Assembly (NCBI GenBank): GCA_965240325.2
Contig: OZ251239.1
Location: 434,001-498,000, forward strand
DNA: 64,000 bases
Source of the DNA: Rebecca billardiae RCC1528
Taxonomy: Eukaryota; Protista; Haptophyta
Direction of reading: 5' to 3'
A program made the position numbers and the translations under genes. Below are positions 60,301 to 64,000 of this stretch, piece after piece. The notes beneath the pieces are model-generated. The model was given only the letters and a program-made list of their open reading frames with translations, was not told the DNA's origin and searched no databases. How positions within the stretch are numbered: position 1 is the first letter of the stretch; each line of letters begins with the position of its first letter.

Positions 60301-63037
60301 CTAAGGCGACTCGCACGTCCGCGTCGAGGACGTAGGGCAACGGGCCGTGCACACCGAAGTGCTCGCCTGCTGCGCGCAGGGCGAGCTCAGAGACAGAGCC
60401 GCCGACGCTCGCGGCGGCGCCGGCGTAGAACTCGCGCACCGCATCGTCCACCTCGCTGCGCGTGTACAAGGCGCCCGAGGCGCACAGCTCGCGCACAGCG
60501 TCGGCATCCGTGAGCACGCCGAAGTGCTTGTTGTTCGTGGCATCGCACACCACGTTCACCACGCGGACCGTGCCGCCGCCGCCGCCGAGATGCCGTGACG
60601 CGAACGCGCGGTTGAACCTGAGGATGGCCGGCACCAATCGGCCGTTGTTCGGTTGCGGCCCGTGCTTCGTCGTCCGCGCGTCCGCATCCGCCACCGCGCT
60701 GGGGCGCACCAGCACGTGCGCGTGCGCCTGCGCCGGCGCGGCGGGCGTGTCTCCGCCGAACCTCCGGCGTTTCCCGTAGATGCCGCTGAAGAAATGATCC
60801 ACGTGCTGCAAGACATCGCTCATCGCGAACAGCTCGCGTGAGCCGCCGTCGCCGCTGCCGTAGACGCCGCCGCCGTCGTCAGCGTGGCCGCCACCGCCGG
60901 GTTGCGCGGCGGCGGGCGCCTGCTGTGGTGCATGGGAGTGCGACCCCGCTGCGCCAGCCGCCGCTCCACCCATCGACGCCGTCGCCGCCCGTGCCACCTC
61001 GCCCGAGGCAGCACCACCGGAGTCATCTGAGTTGACGCCCGCGGGGCCGTCGGCGGCCGCAGCCGGCGCCGGCGGCGCCGGCGCCGCCGCGGTGACGCCG
61101 GTGGCAGCCGCCCGCGCCTCGGCGGGTGCGCGTGGCGGCTCGGCGCGTTCGGCGCGCGTCGCGGTCGACGCCGTCGCCGCCCGTGCCACCTCGCCCGAGG
61201 CAGCACCACCGGCGTCATCTGAGTTGACGCCCGCGGGGCCGTCGGCGGCCGCAGCCGGCGCCGGCGGCGCCGGCGCCGCCGCGGTGACGCCGGTGGCAGC
61301 CGCCGGCGCCTCGGCGGGTGCGCGTGGCGGCTCGGCGCGTTCGGCGCGCGTCGCGGGGCCGCCGGCGGCCGCAGGCGGCGGCGCCGGCGCCGCCGCGGTG
61401 ACGCCGGTGGCACCCGCCAGCGTTTCGACGGGTGCGCGTGGCGGCTCGGCGCGTTCGTCGCTTGTCGCGGGGCCGCCGGCGGCCGAAGGCGGCGCCGCCG
61501 GCGCCGCCGTGACGCCGGCGACCGCCGTCGGCGCCGGCGGCGGCGCCGGCGCCGGCGCCAGCGTTGCGACGGGTGCGCGTGGCGGCTCGGCGCGTTCGTC
61601 GCTTGTCGCGGGGCCGCCGGCGGCCGCAGGCGGCGCCGCCGGCGCCGCCGTGACGCCTGCGACCGCCGTCGGCGCCGACGGCGGCGCCGGCGCCGAGGTG
61701 ACGCCGGGCAGCGCTTCGGCGGGTGGCGCAAGTGGCGGCTGGCGGCGCATGGCCCGCGTCCGCACGCCGCCGCGCCCGTTGTGGTGAGCCGCCCCCTGCG
61801 CGCCGCGCTGCCCCGCAGCCTCCTGCTGGATGCCCTGGGCGGCGTAGCTGCCGCCGCCCACGCGCGTGCTGCCGTGGCGGGCCGGCCGGCCGTCGGCGCC
61901 CTGCTCGGCGCCCTGCTCGGCGCCCGGCTGGGCGCCCTGCTCGGCGCCCTGCTCGGCGCCCGGCTCGGTGCCCTGCTCGGCGGCCTGCTTGCCATGCCCG
62001 GCGCCCGGCTGGGCGCCCTGCTCGGCGCCCTGCTCGGCGCCCTGCTCGGCGCCCTGCTTGCCCTGCTCGGCGCCCGGCCCGGCGCCCGGCCCGGCGCCCT
62101 GCCCGGCGCCCGGCTGGGCGCCCTGCTCGGCGCCCTGCTCGGCGCCCGGCTCGGCGCCCTGCTCGGCGGCCTGCTTGCCCTGCTCGGCGCCCGGCTCGGC
62201 GCCCGGCCCGGCGCCCGGCTGGGCGCCCTGCTTGCCCTGCTCGGCGCCCTGCTCGGCGCCCGGCTCGGCGCCCTGCTCGGCGGCCTGCTTGCCCTGCCCG
62301 GCGCCCTGCCCGGCGCCCGGCTGGGCGCCCTGCTCGGCGCCCTGCTCGGCGCCCGGCTCGGCGCCCGGCTCGGCGCCCTGCTCGGCGGCCTGCTTGCCCT
62401 GCTCGGCGCCCGGCTCGGCGCCGAGCAGGGCGCCGAGCAGGGCGCCCTGCTCGGCGCCCTGCTCGGCGCCCTGCCCCTGCTCGGCGCACTGCTCGCCGGC
62501 GGGCGGCGCACGCACGTGCGCCGCTGGCACCCTCTTCAACGAGCCTGCGCCCTCGACTGTTCCATCCGCGGACGCACCGACGGTGTCGCCAGGGACCGCA
62601 GCCCACGCATGAGCAGACACTCCCTCGGCAGCCCGGAGGACGTACGTCTGCACTCGCCCGTGTGCGCCGACCCCAAGCGCCGCGACCACAGCACGGACTG
62701 CCGGTGCACCCTGCTCGTACACCACGTCCACAGCAGCCCCGTTCGCGAAGCTCGTCGCAGTCGGAGTCGTCCCCGCAGGCGGCGGCGGCCTGCGCGCGGC
62801 ACGCGGGCACGACGCCGCGCAACGACGCAGAACGCACGGCGTGACGACATGCGCGAGCGCACGCCGCGCGCGCGAACGAAGACACACGCGCGCGCGATGC
62901 GCCGCGCGCGACCACGCGGCGCGCGCACGACGCCCGCGCGCGTGGCAGGCGTACCCCCTTAACGTCGTGCGAGGCATCGATCGTCCCTCGTGGCGAGCTC
63001 GGGAGCAAGTTTTGCGGCGCGCCCCCCGGCGTCGCAT
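57338..63037 (-). CDS. Convergent MULE gene B, unknown function (exons 63037-62955, 62789-~57338; 3' end uncertain)
   Basis: 1899-codon ORF starting in the right TIR with an in-frame 165-nt GT-AG intron (62954-62790). Tetrapeptide repeats, Ala/Pro repeats, a globular-looking central region and a charged coiled coil. Confidence 0.7.
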   Translation of the reverse strand: MRRRGARRKTCSRARHEGRSMPRTTLRGYACHARGRRARAAWSRAAHRARVCLRSRARRALAHVVTPCVLRRCAASCPRAARRPPPPAGTTPTATSFANGAAVDVVYEQGAPAVRAVVAALGVGAHGRVQTYVLRAAEGVSAHAWAAVPGDTVGASADGTVEGAGSLKRVPAAHVRAPPAGEQCAEQGQGAEQGAEQGALLGALLGAEPGAEQGKQAAEQGAEPGAEPGAEQGAEQGAQPGAGQGAGQGKQAAEQGAEPGAEQGAEQGKQGAQPGAGPGAEPGAEQGKQAAEQGAEPGAEQGAEQGAQPGAGQGAGPGAGPGAEQGKQGAEQGAEQGAEQGAQPGAGHGKQAAEQGTEPGAEQGAEQGAQPGAEQGAEQGADGRPARHGSTRVGGGSYAAQGIQQEAAGQRGAQGAAHHNGRGGVRTRAMRRQPPLAPPAEALPGVTSAPAPPSAPTAVAGVTAAPAAPPAAAGGPATSDERAEPPRAPVATLAPAPAPPPAPTAVAGVTAAPAAPPSAAGGPATSDERAEPPRAPVETLAGATGVTAAAPAPPPAAAGGPATRAERAEPPRAPAEAPAAATGVTAAAPAPPAPAAAADGPAGVNSDDAGGAASGEVARAATASTATRAERAEPPRAPAEARAAATGVTAAAPAPPAPAAAADGPAGVNSDDSGGAASGEVARAATASMGGAAAGAAGSHSHAPQQAPAAAQPGGGGHADDGGGVYGSGDGGSRELFAMSDVLQHVDHFFSGIYGKRRRFGGDTPAAPAQAHAHVLVRPSAVADADARTTKHGPQPNNGRLVPAILRFNRAFASRHLGGGGGTVRVVNVVCDATNNKHFGVLTDADAVRELCASGALYTRSEVDDAVREFYAGAAASVGGSVSELALRAAGEHFGVHGPLPYVLDADVRVALADAEADDDGVAGGDAPWVHRALALPSMRRSGQAVFGLPAVVAQAPSWCALVPTPLRAPAEQGTSPLLHAAVAVVDYRSVDTDDTDESEPVVGAHAYAIRFEKGWRLLTFATRPPSGAAGAMTAATCTDLTVDAFAAAVSRREVAACELQSAPPRAIAPPVQHAAPALHDSPPSPDETDALPPRPRRDVVPTSTDVLMGASAVCSALGIGPCHWAPDGDPPGLMTNAAAIAEAALTYVQSNYDVIGGTAASADLLHTLHQIMVAGRPQRSFDRPLPRPGGGTRVRVAGVVGELPVHEQELMLASKHTCVAAAIACASALVLRVKAAHLRYDALADVSVGDGASFEAADYLTKVRIVSARLVAPERKKRLTFELLAVSEDNAGAYDRVLNADTSSRALHRDEVLEFTYVPSKTRSWKSTEALSTHSRAAAGDDADAGNFGTLFFVPHMRDPVKAAALARPPPAGTPPAAPPVGAIVDFRPLCISVWADIVPFCQDRLWTHPADPVTGKSSGVDAPKMYAAALHRRAPSLARHVQAAPARKRRLNERGADAGGAGGAAGGRVVARRPVGDPGRVAVTRPSAVARAPGPPEQATRMCTELAAAHAQLAEMVHGIPNAMAQAIGQLAANDAKRQKDYEAWRAADDERRRQERAADEAWRQQERAEAARRRDEDRAAAMKRDEIASAMVASMQALTQFMMDRSAGGAQPGPHASAHAACVQLPTGEAPHGAHAPAAGPSVSAASAAPTSRAPTARRGAPPPVAFGQRARRRVPPPDSRVPARPLHCRSVRRPRRPTKPPRASPRRPRSRRRPTRARPDVPTRRPQVRAHTTSGGASRAHAERRVRAALAQSRPTAPVRARASRWRAQAARHPGRPRGWPPPLAASGHELGTRGAGGVARRNRRGLSPVLRAHGHRHPPGQRLCATRSDGATRAYGGARREGLSAGLSGMQAAPRATTLIHAAGGPHCAGPCYVVVSSDAGRPAGAVSRRLSFC
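60975..61720 (-). repeat. Imperfect long coding repeats (AEPPRAP...GVTAA...AAAGGPAT) in gene B
   Basis: Four to five degenerate copies visible in the translation. Confidence 0.8.
61894..62490 (-). repeat. 12-nt coding minisatellite ([16 protein letters not shown] tetrapeptides) in gene B
   Basis: ggcgccgagcag-type units with occasional 9-nt GKQ units. Confidence 0.95.
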
Positions 63038-63380
63038 TTCTCTAACTAATTGACGAGCAACGTTCCGGCGGCGGTCCGGGCGGGAGGAGTCGACGGCGTC
63101 GTTTCGTCGCGGGTGGGCGTCAGGCTGCGCGCAATACGAAAGTACCCACCCCCGCTCATTAGGGTACTCCGCCCGAATACAAGGCGGGCGTTCGCGCCGG
63201 TTCGCCGCGAGCGGTATCTTCCGCGTTGCGGGCGAGCGGCGCCATTTGCTCGCTCCCGAAGCTTCTGGCCGTCGGAAAACTGGCGGGGGTGCCAGTCCGG
63301 AAATCGCCGTGCTGAGATGCGGAGGTTTGTCGGAGTTCTGGTTGCTCGGTCGGTCCTCGTCGGACTTCCGGGGTTTTCCC
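62892..63380 (-). repeat. Right TIR of MULE (~489 bp)
   Basis: Inverted copy of 45615-46103. Confidence 0.93.
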
Positions 63381-63486
63381 TACAGTTTACTAAGAATAAG
63401 AGACGCACACAGCTCAGGCAGGCGAGATTTTATTTGTTTCAGCATCAGAGAAAACCGAAAAAGAAAGTCGCCGCCGACGAACGACG

Positions 63487-64000
63487 ATGGCGTCGTTCGA
63501 TCTGGGAATCGTGGCCAAGCCCGACGAGACAACGCAGGCTGTCGCGGAAGAGCTGGGATACCAAACAGCGGGATTCGTCACGGAGGTGCGGGGCCACGTA
63601 GCCAAGCAGCACGCGAGCCGCGCGCCGAGCGTGCTGACATCGCGGGCGGCGCAGCATGACCGAGTCGTGCTGCATGGCTCTGGGCGGCGGCCATTGCACC
63701 GGCTGTCGCGCCTGACGCTCACTGTGGACTCGACAGATCAGCTGCGGGACGTCAACGAGGGCAACCAGGTGATGCTGTCCTACGACCTAGTTGCCGTCGT
63801 CCCACACACGGAGGACGCGTTCGAGCGCTGCTGCAATCCTCCGGTGGTGAATGCGATCGACCTCATCTCTCTCCCGATGGACGCGCGCGTGCCGTACGCG
63901 CTCAACCCCGCGCTGCTCCGCAAGGCGGCGCGTGCCGGTGTGCACTTCGAGATCCGCTACGCATTCGCCCTTCGCGACTCCATGACGCGCCGCCACCTCA
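63487..64000 (+). CDS. RPP30: RNase P/MRP subunit p30 (Rpp30/Rpp1), 5' part, runs off window
   Basis: Manual translation from ATG 63487 (not in the ORF track): MASFDL...EELGY...LSRLTLTVD...SYDLVAVVPHTEDAFERCC...IDLISL...GVHFEIRYAFALRDSMTRR, matching the Rpp30 PHP-like pattern. Confidence 0.88.
   Translation, partial: MASFDLGIVAKPDETTQAVAEELGYQTAGFVTEVRGHVAKQHASRAPSVLTSRAAQHDRVVLHGSGRRPLHRLSRLTLTVDSTDQLRDVNEGNQVMLSYDLVAVVPHTEDAFERCCNPPVVNAIDLISLPMDARVPYALNPALLRKAARAGVHFEIRYAFALRDSMTRRHL

Larger units (their letters stand above)
45615..63380 (+). mobile_element. Complete giant Mutator-like (MULE/MuDR) transposon, 17,766 bp
   Basis: ~489-bp TIRs starting GGGAA. 9-bp TSD TACAGTTTA at 45606-45614 and 63381-63389. 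MULE DDE transposase and two convergent long genes. Confidence 0.94.

Overview
Very GC-rich eukaryotic genomic DNA with (GC)n-rich spliceosomal introns. The style suggests a haptophyte alga such as Pavlovales, but that is inference only. Host genes: the 3' part of a DDX6/Dhh1 helicase, a CAMK-group kinase, an EF-hand multi-TM protein, a rhodopsin-PAS-histidine kinase-receiver photoreceptor, and the 5' part of RPP30. Between them lies a nest of non-autonomous DNA transposons (hAT-like with 8-bp TSD, piggyBac-like with TTAA TSD, TA-flanked TIR elements) and an ~840-bp tandem repeat. The main discovery is a complete 17.8-kb Mutator-like element (45615-63380) with ~489-bp TIRs and a 9-bp TSD (TACAGTTTA), inserted at the centre of a 98-bp perfect palindrome just upstream of RPP30. 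It carries two convergent genes that can both start from the same TIR-encoded first exon. Gene A is a ~3,600-aa transposase polyprotein: 2OG-Fe(II) dioxygenase + WRKY-like Zn finger + MULE DDE + SWIM + PHD + HhH + pseudo-OTU + OTU. Gene B is an unknown ~1,800-aa repeat/coiled-coil protein. Segment 20827-40385 is repeated at 40586-60173 across a 200-N gap, most likely an assembly overlap, but the two MULE copies are distinguishable variants. All domain calls are by motif recognition by eye; no database searches were run.
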